Positions 1-14,649 are shown, counted from the stretch's first letter. The stretch: 63,908 nucleotides of DNA from Octopus bimaculoides (GCF_001194135.2 NC_068981.1:95621391-95685298); one strand, 5' to 3'. Notes: generated by a model from the sequence alone, not told the origin. Numbers and translations are program-made.

Positions 1-49
<49 letters not shown>

Positions 50-1100
50 TATTTATTATAATGTATATATTATAATGCATCAAAGCCAGGTCTCTTTATT
101 GGCGATAACAACCATTGTTTACATATGTAATGCTATAACTTTAGATTTTATAAATGATCAGATTAGCATTTTGCAAAGTTGTCTCCCTGTATATCTGGAA
201 CTGTGTGACCAACATGTAGGTAAAATATAAAGAGACCGACACAAACTTGAACGTTTAAGTTTAAAGACGAAGGAAGGAACCAACGACAGTCAGATTTGAA
301 ATCCAATATGACAGTTTGAAATTACTTGCTAATAAGTAAAATAGGTTTCTATTTTAAGATAGCTGATTTCAGCAATATCGTTTTAATACTACTTTTGAAC
401 TCTGACATTCAATGAAGTATCATTAAGTCTTGTGCATGTAGAAATAAAATATAAAAAGGAAATGGCTTATTTCCTTTTTTTATTATTTTTTTAAACCCTA
501 TGTACAGCCTACATTCTCTAAGCTCAACAATTCAATAATCACAACTCACACAATACATACTTTACACACTCATCAGACAATGCTATCTATAAAAGCTTTG
601 ACATCAAGAGCAACACTAAAATTATAAATAACAGATAAAAAAACCCTCAACATATATTTAAAGTAGACACCTCTCCACTCCCAAGCACAAAACTGCACAT
701 ACCCCAGGAACAGAGCTGCATCTAGTAATGCAGTTAAAAATTTTGAGGGAAACAAAAACTCCAAAAAACTACTGAAAATACATGAGAGTGACGAAGATAA
801 TTTTTTCACATTCACTAAGTTGAAGGTGGTTATGAGAAGAATGGTGCTGCTGCATGGATATGTAATGGAAATAAGATCTGTGAAACAATTCTTGAATAAT
901 TGCTATTAAGCAGAATTAGTTGTGAACAATAGATGAGCCACCTGTGCTTTTTATTTTAAAAGAACTAAAATGCTGAAATGGAAAAGGATATTTGTAGGAA
1001 AAATTTTAAATCATTGAGATTTAGTTTTTTGTTAGAAAAAAATAATAGAAGTTAAAAAAATATATATATAATAATGGTTTCAAAAAATAAAAATCAATAT

Positions 1101-1500
1101 TTACGGTTTTAGAGACTGGCAATCCGTTGCTGAACTGGAAAGGACTTTGCGGTAGAGTGATTTCTTCTGAGCTGAGAGCTTTGAGTTTGATGAAGTAGCA
1201 CTGCTGGAATTTTGAGCTACAACCCTTCGTGGTTGAGAAGGAAGGCTTCCTCCACTAGGTTTAATTGCCAGGGATGCTTGAGCACACGTAAATGCACCAA
1301 TGGCTGCAGCTGCTGCAGAGGGTGTACTACTACTTGGACTGCTATTTGCTCCACCATAAGTTGTAACATGTTGTAACCACGTACGCAAGTTTAATTTGCG
1401 CACAAGTTGCAATAATCGCAACCTGCGTTCAGATGGAGTAGGTAAATCATGGTCCCGCATCAGGATATTTTGTAAAAATTTACTGTTATACTGATGAAAC
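1101..1500 (-). CDS. Terminal coding exon of an unidentified protein-coding gene
   Basis: Acceptor cattttatcttcttcag|G at 1501/1500. The frame is open as FHQYNSKFLQNILMRDHDLPTPSERRLRLLQLVRKLNLRTWLQHV, followed by a Ser/Ala-rich tail, to TAA at 1103-1101. GC content is higher than the flanks, and a minus-strand AATAAA occurs at 95-100. Family not recognised. Confidence 0.65.
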
Positions 1501-2132
1501 CTGAAGAAGATAAAATGAAAAAGGAAAAAAACAAAAAAAATGAGAAATTGAAATATAATGATGACAACATGATCAGATGAGGAAATAACAAAATTCTTTA
1601 AGAAAATTTAGATTTTGAATTAGAAGAGGAAAATATTTTTTGCTGATCAAGTAGCTGACTTCCTATTAACTTTACAACTTTTCCCATATTCACTTCTCTG
1701 TAGTAATAGTAGAAAGATTTCAATAATTTTTGGCAAATGATTGAAAAAATAGGAAACAGCCAAGGAGTGTCAGACAAACTGCTGACTTTTGATTTCCTTT
1801 CTATTATTACTTCACCTCCATCTTTTAATCTCTCCTCTCAGAACAGATTATGACCTTCTTCCCAACCATAATTAATCTCATCCATATTCAAATATCCCAA
1901 CCTAAGATCTGTGTTTGTCCCCACTTACTGCTTGACAACTGGTGTTGGTGTGTTTACATCCCCGTAACTTATTACTAAGCTTAAAAAAGAATTACTGGGG
2001 TTGATTTATTTGACTAATATTCTTCAGGATGATGCCCCAGCAAGGCCATAGTCTGATGACTGAAACAAATAAAAGAAAAACATAAGAAAATCTACAAGAA
2101 TATGGACACCATTCCTTTATTTTAGACAAACT

Positions 2133-2311
2133 TTAACCCTTTAGCATTCATGTTACTCTATCAAATGTAATTCATCCACATTGTTCTGAATTAATCGTGC
2201 ATTGTTTTGTAGCTTTGAGATTTCAATGATGTGATTGTTTATTTTTAGAATAACATTGTAATGTACGTGCGAAAGGTCGAATTCAGCTGGTTTAAATGCT
2301 AAAAAGCTTAA
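2133..2311. mobile_element. piggyBac-type MITE, internally deleted copy of the same family
   Basis: TTAACCCTTTAGCATT start and AATGCTAAAAAGCTTAA end; body similar to 48532-48753. Confidence 0.6.
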
Positions 2312-5300
2312 GTCTGTTGGCATCAGAAAGAATATCTAACTATAAATCTAGAAATATTCCTGCTTGCCAATATAGTAAAAGGAATAACAAAATAGTATGC
2401 CTCCACATGAATAAGGTAAAAGAGTGTTTTATTGAAGGTTGTTGCAAACAAACTTCACTGAGGGGAGGGGAACAACTTTCAAAAATAAAAAAATTCCATT
2501 GTAAATATTTCTTGGTGCTGTTATGCTTTCACTAATCATATTTAAAATATTTCTTATTCTACTGCAACTTTATATATTTTAGAGGTTATCAAAGGGGAAA
2601 TAATTGTAGTTAATGTTTTAAGATAATTAACTACATGTGTCAGAGATATATATATATAAGAAATTTTATAACAATAGCTGTGCTTGTTAAGAAACTGAAG
2701 CTTAAATATTTCATGAGCATTTGATAAAGAAGAAAATAAGTCCTTAACTACCAAATAAACCAACTGTAAAAGTTAGTTTTAACTGCTTCTTTCTACATGT
2801 TTCAGCCTTTGGACTGCATCCATGCTGGGGCAGTTTGGAACTTATTCTATCAGTTACTTTTGCTGAATTGCTTAGCTACAGGGAATGTAAACAAACCAAC
2901 ACAAATTATCAAAAAGTGGAGGGGACAAACACAACACACATGCAAAACATGTATATACAATAGACTTCTACACAGTTTCCATCTATGAAATTCACTTGGA
3001 GGTATTAGTCGGTCTAGGGCTATAGAAAAAGACTTATCTATGGTGCCATGCAGTGGGACCATGCCTGTGTGTATACTAGTTGAAACTCACACTACAAACA
3101 AATGAAGGCATGAATGTGTTCTAAATATTTGTCAAATTGAATTAATTAAAATAAAATCAACTGTTTGTCAAGATTCAAGCAGATCAGCTGTATATCTAAG
3201 CAATAAATAACCTTCCCATTCCACTATAATGGTTTTAGATCACCATCATTGTTTTAACTTTGCTTTTATATACTTTTATTTTGTTAAGTCATCATGTAAA
3301 TAAAATTGAAATCTCTTCAACAATGTTTTCATTTTACTGTTTTTTATTTTTTTATACCTTGACCTTTCTCCTGATTACTCATCACCTATCTTCACCTAAC
3401 CCTGCCCTACTACAAAATTCTCTGGTAAACAGTACAAGTGCCTTAAAGCCATGTGAGCATTCTCACAATACTAAATAACAAAATATTCTCCCTGTAAATC
3501 GCATATAATTTCCAGTGCCAACTGAAGTTCAAAGGTCAACAGACATTAAAATAAAAAAAATGCTTGGTGAAGAATAAATTTTATCAGTTGTACAATTTAT
3601 CATTAGTTATGTCATGGTTTTAGACACTAATGACATTTGAAATAGCTGGGAAATTAAAATTTTAATAAGAATTAATATTTTTTTAATTTCTGAAATGTTT
3701 TAATTACACACAAGTACTTCAAAAAAATTACAACAATGATTTTTTTTTTATTGCATACATAAGAGAGCTTAACATTTCTTTTTATTACATTTATTAAATG
3801 TGTGAAATTGTTTTGTTGTCAACGTCAAAGTGTAAACATAAAACTGAGGTTATGTATAAAAAAAATAATATTAGATGAGTGGAAGAAATCACTAGATAAA
3901 GCCTGGACTGCTGATGCTCAAAATATATTTGCTATATTATCACCCACCTTTATACTATTCATGAACCATGAGGTTATTACATTGCGTTAACAATGAAGTC
4001 TTGGTTTGAACAGATCTGGTATGCAAATATGCTGTTGAATTTAACAAAAAAAAACAAAAAAACAAAAACAAAAAAATCCTACTCTGCCTTTCCATTTTTA
4101 AATTTCATATAAACCAAATCCTAGACAGACATAAAAGCTGAATGTTAAAACGTGACAGACAAGAACAATTGGTTATTTGAAATCCATAAAGCCTTCATTA
4201 ATACCAGCAGTTAGCCCAGGTTTACTAACTATATACCCTACAAAAAAGAAAACAGATTTGATGATCAAAATAATCCACTATCTGACCGAATGCAGTAGAA
4301 TACTTTGAAGTTTTGGAAGATGTTTTTTGCACTTTTCTGAAACTATGAAGTTTTATGAACACTCCAAAAGCAACAAATATTCAAACAGCTGTAGATGTGT
4401 AGTTACCGAGTTGATACATCTACCAACTAGTCCTAAATAAACGAAAATACAAGCTGTTTAATTGTATGGTGTATAAATGGAAATAATTATGGAAAACAGT
4501 GTAACATCAGGTTACTTATATCATTTAATGCTGGCATAGTCAAATTTTGTGAGAAGCGGGCCACATCAGATATAACTTCTGGTGAGCTGTATTACTAAAA
4601 AATTTAAGCTAACTTTTCATTAGACATGCCATTCAAAAAGTGTGGCAGGTTGCAGTTTGTTGATGACTGATCAATGATAATGATCAAAAAGGCTGATCAG
4701 AATACTCAATTATTAAAGTTAATCGAAGCTATATTGATAACCATTACAAAGATTTGATGGGAATTATTGAAAGGAGAAAAAATCCTACATTTTTTAAAAC
4801 CGTTATTTTTATGGTTACGATTAAAAGCATTAAATCTGTATTCAGGAATGGCTCTGAAAATGTCAAACTATTTCAAGTAACACTAGAAAAATGGAAGATC
4901 AATTAAAAAGCTGAGCTCAACTTTTCTTCTTTTTTTTTTTGGAAGTCTGATTGAATCAGGCATATCAACATCATGTACTACACAGTCTATATTTGTGTGG
5001 GTGTTATTTTTTATAACAAGATGTCATATCTAGAGCATTATATACAGAAAGAGAGAATGAAGACATTCACAATAACAAAATAAATATATAGTAACAGAAC
5101 ACGAAAATGAGTTCCAAACATCGTGAAAACACCTATAGGAAAAAAGAGCAAGATGCACATTCTGAAAACAAAGACAAGTTTGTTTTAAAGGCTGGTTTCC
5201 TGTACGCAGAACACAGAATTCCTGCAATTTGAACCTAATTTTTCTGATGAAGTTTGTTTATACAAATTGTTCAATGCCAAACATTAATGTTGTCAACATA

Positions 5301-5372
5301 CTATCATCACATGATTTAAATTCTTATGTCACTAAACTATTTTTTTTTAATCATTATAATCAGTGAACTTAC

Positions 5373-5454
5373 CCCTCCCCACGCTGTGGGGAAGTGTTGC
5401 CAGTAAGTACATCACAAGTTTTCCACCAAATAACGCTATCAGGAGCCCAGGTTT
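5373..5454 (-). CDS. Candidate upstream exon of the 1101-1500 gene (could instead be a 5' UTR exon)
   Basis: Donor GGG|GTAAGT at 5373/5372; possible acceptor ctttttctttggattcaaag|. Frame TWAPDSVIWWKTCDVLTGNTSPQRGE-GG| ends in phase 2, matching the start of the 1500 exon. The AAG acceptor is weak and the site sits at the edge of a CpG-rich block. Confidence 0.3.
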
Positions 5455-8400
5455 CTTTGAATCCAAAGAAAAAGCAACTTGATTCTTTTGACGTTTTTTA
5501 AAATTTACTGTTTTATAAAACGTGATCCGACCTCCACATACCGATAAGTTGTGTTGTAATGGTCAACGATTCATGTATTGACAGCTAATAAGCAATTAAA
5601 AATATTTCATAACTTATTATTTATTGTATTTGAATTAAATGATATTTTTTTCCTGTCACTCATTTCCGTTCATTAATTCCTCTCTCAAAATATCTTGAGA
5701 ATGTATGGCACAGAGATAAATATAATTTACATAGATACTGCAGTGAGTTTATTGGAACCGAATATATATTCCGATTACCATTTAAATGTTCAAGTTATTG
5801 TTACATGGTAGACGAAGTTATCTTGCTATGATAACTTATAATACTCGTTATATCGACATCAAATATTTCCCTCTAAGATAAAACCCGACAATATGTATTA
5901 TATCTGAAATACTAGGTGTCCTATAAATTCAAGAACGAAAAAAAAAGCAAATAAAAGAAATAAGTGTTTTCATTGCAAACGAAGTAACAAAACACCTGTC
6001 TGTATAGATAACATTTGGAACGAATAAATAGATATATGATCAGACCGATATGTGATAAGCAAACTAGCGAGGGTTACTTCTTTATACTATGCTTCACTGC
6101 ACACACGCACACACACACACAAAACACATACATGGGTGCAACGATTATGAATTTATAAAATAAATAGGCATAGGCAAGCATAAACTGGATAAGAAAATAA
6201 AAATGCAACATTCAAATTAGCTAGTAATGAAATATAACCAATTAAATTTCGACAGAAAATCCAGGATTTGAAGAGGATATGTACATGTACGACATGTATG
6301 CATGCATAAGTTATACATTGGTGTCTTATTTACAGTATAGATGGGGATCAAAAATATACAGTACGTTCTATGTTTTTGTGAGCATATATATATATATATA
6401 TATATATATAGGCATACATATAATGCACGCGCGGGCGTGGGAGAGAGAGGTGTGAACAAAGTCGTTTAGAAAAAGAAAAATTACAAAGAGAAGGATGGAA
6501 ATTTCCAAGAGCAACTACGTCGAAAGCTAATGTTATTTCAGAAGTATTTATTCACAGCGCTCGTCCCACCATTCACATACACAAATAAACACAATGGACA
6601 AAAATAGGGTGGACAATTCTATACATGTTAACTAACTACTTCAAAGACAAATGAAAAAAAAAAAATAATAATAATCCGAACAAACGTACTAACCAAATGT
6701 GCGTATGTATGTGTGCCTAATAGCGAGTACTATGTGATGCATTGCACCTCAACATTCATTAGTCTATACAGAAAAGTGTGCTTTTGATTTTTTAAAACTT
6801 AATTCTATCTAATCACTGATAAGACAGGAGCATTTTTGGATTTCGATTCTAAGAGTAAAAAAGAAAAACAAACCCAATAGTAACTGCTGGTGAAACAAAA
6901 ACAAGAAACTTGGCAGTAATAATAAGGGGAAAAAGTTACAGCCAAATGACAGTAAGATGGTCAGCAAAGGGTTATTTGTCTTAGGGAAAATGCCTAGCTA
7001 TCATAGGCACAGATACATAACCAATTAATGAAGCTTCTACGACAGGAAGAACAAGAGTAAATTGAAACAGCTGAGAATGTGCGTGTGTGTGTTTGTTGTT
7101 CTGAACACGGAATAAAAGCACTCATTTTGTTTTTAAGCTGGATAGCAGTCGTAGTTTAGTTTAAAGAGTTACATGCATTTACCGACAGTCAAACTTTCCC
7201 CGTTCACTTATCACTCTGCCAATAATAATAATAGTTTCATACATTGGCATAATGCCGCAAATTTATAGAGAAGAGAATAACGTCGACAGCACCGACCCCT
7301 GGGCATTGGGAAAGGCAAAAATACCCGACTCCTGCAAAAAAAAAGACTGAACTCGGAACATAAGACTTAGCTAAAACACCGCATTTAACAGACGCATTCT
7401 GAGGGCGTCGGACAAAATTTCTGCGGTATTTAACAGGGTCTCTTTATATATAGAGTTCAAATGCGGACAAGTTCAGCTCGTTAATTTGTTGTTCCAGGAA
7501 AGATTTACATAAAGCATCCGAAATGAGAATGGAATTATAAAAGATTTATTGTTCCTGAACAGTTTAAAAACAAACAAACTAACAACTAGTAAATCCTAGA
7601 GTGGTAATAAAACTGCTATTTTGTTATAATGTAATAACTTGTGTATATGAAGTGTGATGAGAGGAAGATTGACAAAGATTGAAGGAAAACAAGACTACTA
7701 TTGAGAGAGTAGAGAGAAGTGTTGTTTATGAGAAGGGAGTTACTACCTAAATATAGAAAGAAATCTAAGCGGTCACCCATATTTTTCTTCACCGAGTCTA
7801 CAAATGATTAAATAACTGAAATTTCCGGAACATATATGACACACTCACACATATCTATTACAGAGCTGTGTGTAAATATTAGCTTTCAGAGTATGAAAAA
7901 GATTAAAATGCTTAATATATGTTACTAACTTACACGCGAATAAATAAAGATGTGTGTGTAGAGAGAGAGAAATGATAACTATACAACATAGCAAGTACAA
8001 AGACATGCACTATGTGAAAACCTAAATGAAAGACATGTAGTAGTCGCTTGAAGGAAGACCTGTTTTACAATACTCTACAGTAGGGAGATATTTGTTTTTC
8101 ACTTAACCTTATGCTATTCCCTTCAAAAAGGTTCATTACAGACATGGTTTTATTAAAGTATCTACTTGTATATATTAATAGCACATACATAAAGTCTCCC
8201 ATTTCCACTGTATTTTTTTAAATGTAGCCTTCGTCGACCAGTGAGGGTGTGACGTTCAGTGGGAGAAACATTACGTTCCATACACATACAGAGAAAAATA
8301 ATAAATATACAAAAATGAAATAGGAAAAATTCGGAATGAAGTCTCAAACTATAATATTCGATACAAAAGTCATATCCAGTTTAACAGAGAAGCAAGGCGA

Positions 8401-8527
8401 AATGCCGGTAAGAGACATATGGGATCTCTTGGATCACTCACTATGATCTATCGTAAAAAAAGTAACAAACGATTCGGCATGAATAAAAATAAAAGGGAAA
8501 TAAGGAGAAATAGAAAGAAAACCAGGG

Positions 8528-8560
<33 letters not shown>

Positions 8561-9348
8561 TTTTTAAAGGACCAAGGAGAGTTACGTATATAATCAAACT
8601 GGGAATAAATAAACTAACCTTGTCTGAGAAGTATGAGTCAAGAATATAACTGTGTGGTTTAATAAATATCGCCTCTTTTCTATTTTGCTCTGATAGTGTA
8701 AATAATCTGACACTGCTGGTTTGGTTGCTTTGCAGTATATCTCCTTATAGACTCTTCCAGCTGCTCATCTTGACTTGGCAAACCTTTTAGTTGCCTATCA
8801 AGTCCGACAACAGTTTAAAAAACAACAAACTATCAACAGAGAATGTTTGGTAACGCCACTACAGAATCAGAAACGATTCCTCCAGCATCGTTGCAACAGA
8901 GCTCCATTTCAGCTACATGTTATCATTATCATATTGGTGTAACTAGCGACCAGCTGACTATATTCGATGCCATGGCCAACAGGACAGTGAATATAAACCA
9001 AACACTTCCTTCCACTTTTGAAATCATCGACATACAAGCAGAATAGTTATTGAAGTCGTAGTGAGAGGAGCACCGACTGTTTCAGATACAGACGTGGTGG
9101 AGGTGGTGACACACACAAGAGTGAGGAGGAAGAGAGTGCGTTTGGTGAGGCAGTTGATGTGTTAGTAGTATGCTGTGTGTGCTATTGAATGTGTCAAAAC
9201 TGTCTATTACATACGAAGCCGTAGTATGATATGGATTGTATAGATAGTACGCCTTATGAACTGCCAGGGAAATACCTTATAATAATCTCTAGTATTTTGT
9301 TAGCGTGGGCCACTCAGTGTAATTATACATATATATCACATACACACA

Positions 9349-9388
<40 letters not shown>

Positions 9389-11138
9389 CGTTGGTGAGGA
9401 AGTAAATTGTTGTATATAGTAGTAGTAAGCAGCTGTAGTCTAGTTCATGCAGTACTTACTGTATGGATTTAGTTGTAATATTCGTGGACGGACTAATAAA
9501 GTTGTAGTTATTGATGTGTCGACTCATATTATCAACTGACTTCTTACATATCGGAGAAAAATACGTATAGAATGAAACAATGCAAATCCAACTATTTTTC
9601 TCATGGGCGGGACCCAACATTCATTATATGAAAGGCTGGGACGACTATATCCACAGTTATGACTGCATTGCTGCAATTTAGAGTCTTCAGGGACCAATAA
9701 ATATTCCGGCTTTGTTAGTTATCCAGGATCTTTACACAGTTTTGTGTGTTTGTAATTACAATTTTGGTACCCATACACCGTCAGTCCAAATCTATCACGC
9801 TTCTGTAATCACCATTATATTTCCTGTCAGAACTATTTGTTCCTATCATCTCTTCACTTTTGTGACAAATAGTAAAACAAAAATTTCAGTAACCTTTCTG
9901 CTCAAAACAATTTGTTTATACCTGCTTTACAAGTAAACAATTAAAACACACACACATTCGATCTCTTCGAGTTATTTATTTTTGGAACTATCTGGCTGAT
10001 TCATTGAAAACAAACCTTTAACTCATCCCATTTTAAACAGAACTAGCAGGCCTTCTTGCCAACCTTAACCGTACACCCACACTTCCAGCAAGGAGTGTTT
10101 TGTAGTGATTCTACGTTCTTTCAATAATGTATATATCATGTAATGGGCGAGTTCTCTCCCATACTTAAGCCGGATGTTGCGGTGCAGCATTATTCATTCA
10201 ATAGTCTTTGATATACAAAATCTATTATCATTACTTCTTACGACAGTTTTATATAATGGATCAAATATATAGCCACCTCCACCACTAAAAAAAAAAAAAA
10301 AATCCAGAAGAGAACTTAACATAATCGGTGCAGCTCCTTTCAAATTTCAAATAGTAGTTATGTACGTCTGTAAAGTGACTTACAAGTATTCATCATCTCT
10401 TCAAACTACACCCTCTCGAATTTATCATACACTGACAATTACGTGGTCAGGATAAAATGCTTAAAATATATCTTACATTAAAACCAATGAAGGGTTTTTT
10501 TTTTTTATTAATTAATTTATATTAGATCTGAACGCGTGACTCGAAGGCATTTGCTTTCAAAGACACTGGGTCAATATCTTCAAACTTTAAGACTTCAGGA
10601 ATACAATTTTTTAAGAAATATCGCCTGAACTACATTCGAAAAATCCGGTGACGACAAAGGCATTATTTCAGCATAACGCGGACAGATTCAAATCACTCGA
10701 AAATAAATAAATGAAGCTAGATTTGACATCAGAAGTATCACAAACTAGAGCAAAGTACTAAGCTCTCAAGAATGGTATCGTTTACAACAAGATCTTCGAG
10801 AATATTATGAGAGGAGCTTACTTTTTCTTCTTTGTGTGTATGTGAAATGCAGACATAACTGCAAGTAACGTCGAGCACTACATTACTTTCTTCGATATTT
10901 AAAGTTTTGCAGTTTCATTGCAATTTTTTTTTGTTTGTGCATTCCTTAATGTGATTAATAATTAGTCAATGCAAACTTCGACAATGGAAGCACTGACAAT
11001 TTTAAAATCTCTCTCTTTCTCTTAATAAATATATTCGAAACGTCAAAGACTTTCCGTATTCCCGAGCGTCATACTAATACATCCTTTTGTTATTTACACC
11101 ACCTGTCCTCGTCTGTTGTTGTTTTTTCGTATATTCTC

Positions 11139-11140
<2 letters not shown>

Positions 11141-11208
<68 letters not shown>
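11141..11208. repeat. (TA)n microsatellite, representative of many (1-40, 12689-12720, 51611-51655, 58721-58752, 62650-62725, others); (GA)n at 29208-29261 and (GT)n/(CA)n tracts also present
   Basis: Directly visible; several assembly gaps are flanked by these tracts. Confidence 0.95.
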
Positions 11209-11213
<5 letters not shown>

Positions 11214-12688
11214 GCGATTCCAGGTCATTAGATTCACTCGGGCTCATCACAGATTTCGCATAAGACACATGTATAAAAGAAGGTAAGAGAAGTTATGCAC
11301 ACCGCAGACATATGTGCACTAATAATTTAACAATAAGACAGAAATATAGTTTTAATATGCCTTTCTCTATTTCTAAGTGAAGTTTTAAAATGAGTAAAAA
11401 TAAAGCAACCGGGCAAAGGTCTTTACACACAGACGTACAGAATAACAGCAATCAAATACGACAGCGGAATGCACAACAAATGCCGCTAGTACTCTTGACA
11501 AGAGATGCCAGTTAGTCTTTTACACATGCCAGGCTCGTTCGTATTAGCCCGAGTTGCTGGATAATTTTTCGTCCCTTTAAGAATATCGTAGAACGGAAAC
11601 TTTTCATAGATTGGAATTTAAATCCTAATCTCAATAGAAATTTATTGTTTCAAGAAAACATTGAATTTGAATTAGTTTTCATTTTTACGATTATAGGATA
11701 ACAACGCGGACTGTAACTTCTGAGCTGGGGGTCAGGCGCCTGTGAACGATGTCGAGTGAACGTCTGCCACGAATATTTTTTGACACAGAGCACCTCTAAG
11801 ACAACTGCCAGACGCCGAACGAAAATAAATGAACTGCGACCAGGCTCAAAAGGAGCTCGAGTTATTGGCTGCAATTACATACTTGAAGTCAGTGTTAGNN
11901 NNNNNNNNNNNNNNNNNNNNNNNNNNNNNNNNNNNNNNNNNNNNNNNNNNNNNNNNNNNNNNNNNNNNNNNNNNNNNNNNNNNNNNNNNNNNNNNNNNNN
12001 NNNNNNNNNNNNNNNNNNNNNNNNNNNNNNNNNNNNNNNNNNNNNNNNNNNNNNNNNNNNNNNNNNNNNNNNNNNNNNNNNNNNNNNNNNNNNNNNNNNN
12101 NNNNNNNNNNNNNNNNNNNNNNNNNNNNNNNNNNNNNNNNNNNNNNNNNNNNNNNNNNNNNNNNNNNNNNNNNNNNNNNNNNNNNNNNNNNNNNNNNNNN
12201 NNNNNNNNNNNNNNNNNNNNNNNNNNNNNNNNNNNNNNNNNNNNNNNNNNNNNNNNNNNNNNNNNNNNNNNNNNNNNNNNNNNNNNNNNNNNNNNNNNNN
12301 NNNNNNNNNNNNNNNNNNNNNNNNNNNNNNNNNNNNNNNNNNNNNNNNNNNNNNNNNNNNNNNNNNNNNNNNNNNNNNNNNNNNNNNNNNNNNNNNNNNN
12401 NNNNNNNNNNNNNNNNNNNNNNNNNNNNNNNNNNNNNNNNNNNNNNNNNNNNNNNNNNNNNNNNNNNNNNNNNNNNNNNNNNNNNNNNNNNNNNNNNNNN
12501 NNNNNNNNNNNNNNNNNNNNNNNNNNNNNNNNNNNNNNNNNNNNNNNNNNNNNNNNNNNNNNNNNNNNNNNNNNNNNNNNNNNNNNNNNNNNNNNNNNNN
12601 NNNNNNNNNNNNNNNNNNNNNNNNNNNNNNNNNNNNNNNNNNNNNNNNNNNNNNNNNNNNNNNNNNNNNNNNNNNNNNNNNNNNNNNN

Positions 12689-12724
<36 letters not shown>

Positions 12725-14649
12725 CATTCATATTTACACTAAGCTGGATGATTCAGTCATTAAACCAATCAGAAGCAGCATTGTGCAGCAGCAGTCCAAT
12801 TCCTGTATACGGGGATATGCGAAGTCGACATTCTGTATGTCGAGTTGTACAAACAACAGTCACTATTAGCTATACATACTCTCTGCTCAGATGTGATACT
12901 CAGACTGTTTCCAGTGATATGTAAGCCTAATGGCTTTTAAGCCTTTCGTGTTCACTGGAGATTCTACATGTTACTGCTCCATTAATTTAACTTCAAACGC
13001 AAAAACTACAGTTACAGCTGCTCAAAGATATTTTGTGGACGATGACAAAATTCCTAAAACAAGAAGCAAACTACCCAGTCAAATATGGCATCATAAAACC
13101 GAGAAACCCCTCGTGAAGGGCTTAGTTCGCAAAACAAAAACCACAAACGACATAATCTTGATTTCTCAATCATTCTCAACATTTATACATGCTTTGTCGA
13201 GCCAGTTGTTGGCGAGTTATACAAACTAGATTTCAACACTTACATTATAGTTAGGTCAATGTGAAACATGCCTATTATATCAACTACACCTGGTGATTGC
13301 TTACCGCCTATTACACTGCTTTTCAATCATTGTGACAATTGTGTACCAGACTGCCAGATCAATTTCATACAAATTAACATTAAATTTCTAAAACATAATG
13401 AGTTGTATTAGAATATAAGTGCCTTAGGAAAATTTTACTGCGTGTGTGTGTGTGCAGTGCAAAAGTAACAGAAAATACAACGTTCACGAAATGGGGAGGA
13501 AAAAATGAAATGCTTTTAAGGTTTCGAGTACATACTCTTCTTCCCGAAGGTAGGATAGAAAACGGAGAAATGGAAACGCACGTGTATCCAATCGTTATGG
13601 CATGAGAAAAAGTGTGTGTGTGTGTATATATATGCGCGTATACAGATTCTGATCTACCGAGCTGATAATTTGATATTCAACAGTATCTTTACCCTTTACA
13701 ATTACTATTTGTAGTCTTGTCTGAGAACTTTGTATTACAAGATTTTCATTTGGTCTCACGAACATGTCTTCTCCAAGCGATGACCACATTATCTTTAGAA
13801 TAAATTTAAAATTTAAATACATTTCTGTCATATGTAACGGATCTCAACACAACTCGTTCTAATATAAAATGCCTTTTTGGAAAAAAACAATTTCTCTGAT
13901 TATTATGATACATTCGAGATCAGAAATAAGACCTAATCATTGCATTCTTTTAAATGCCTCTAAGTTCCCAGCTCGAAAAAAATCATGGAATTGCCAGTTT
14001 AAGAGAGAAACGAACAGCACAAATTGTCAAATTTTTTTTCTATAAAAAACAAAAAAAAAACCCTAACGATAATCACTTTCTTCTTCTTCAAACAGCTTTT
14101 CAAAAAATTAAAATCGATTTAGAAAATGATTGCCTCTATGCTATTGGCAAGTTTACTCCATTTATAGCTGAGACAGGCGCATTAGCCACCGCTCTTGCTG
14201 TAACATTATCGAGGGAACTGAATACTTTTGTTGTGTAAGTTGTTAAATTAGTTGAGTAATAGCAACACATTCTCTTCGGAAGGGGCATTTTACCCTCTTT
14301 ACAGACCAACAAAACGTATTGAGTTCAATGTTTGCTTTCAAATACCACGAAGGTAGATAATTATTTTTCGTCCTTCCTGAAAATACATATTTTAAGTGTG
14401 AGTGTGTCTGCATAAACATGGCTAAGTGCTAATGAAGTATGTTTCACCCTCAGAAGGTTCCGAGATCGATCTCACTATGTAGTATCTTGGATAAGTGTCA
14501 CCTACCATAGCATAGGGTCAACTTAAGCGTCGAGAAGGAAACTGAAAGCTCATTGCATGTACTGTATAATTCAGGGGTTAACTTTTACGTCTATCCGATT
14601 CTGCTTAAATAGTTACACACATCTGTGAAATAATCATTTGCACAAAATA

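Noticed and set aside
4883-4963. Small minus-strand ORF containing PKKKRRKV (SV40-like NLS)
   Set aside because: The motif arises from a poly-A run; 26 aa with no supporting splice or expression evidence.
5240-5315. Minus-strand GTGATGA C-box-like motif in a putative intron
   Set aside because: No CTGA D box at a suitable distance and no terminal stem; not a snoRNA call.
8162-8347. ORF with a hydrophobic N-terminus and GRRR, resembling a neuropeptide precursor
   Set aside because: Starts at TTG rather than ATG; the hydrophobic part derives from a pyrimidine-rich tract.
11756-12869. Long ORFs in the track spanning N runs (also 21299-22273, 34276-34806, 47365-47613, 49568-50006, 51963-52372, 56289-56539, 58027-58939)
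   Set aside because: Artefacts of assembly gaps translated as X, and of (TA)n giving YIYI repeats.
12930-14238. ORFs of 99 aa (12930-13229) and 94 aa (13954-14238)
   Set aside because: No recognisable motifs or convincing splice context; lengths expected by chance.
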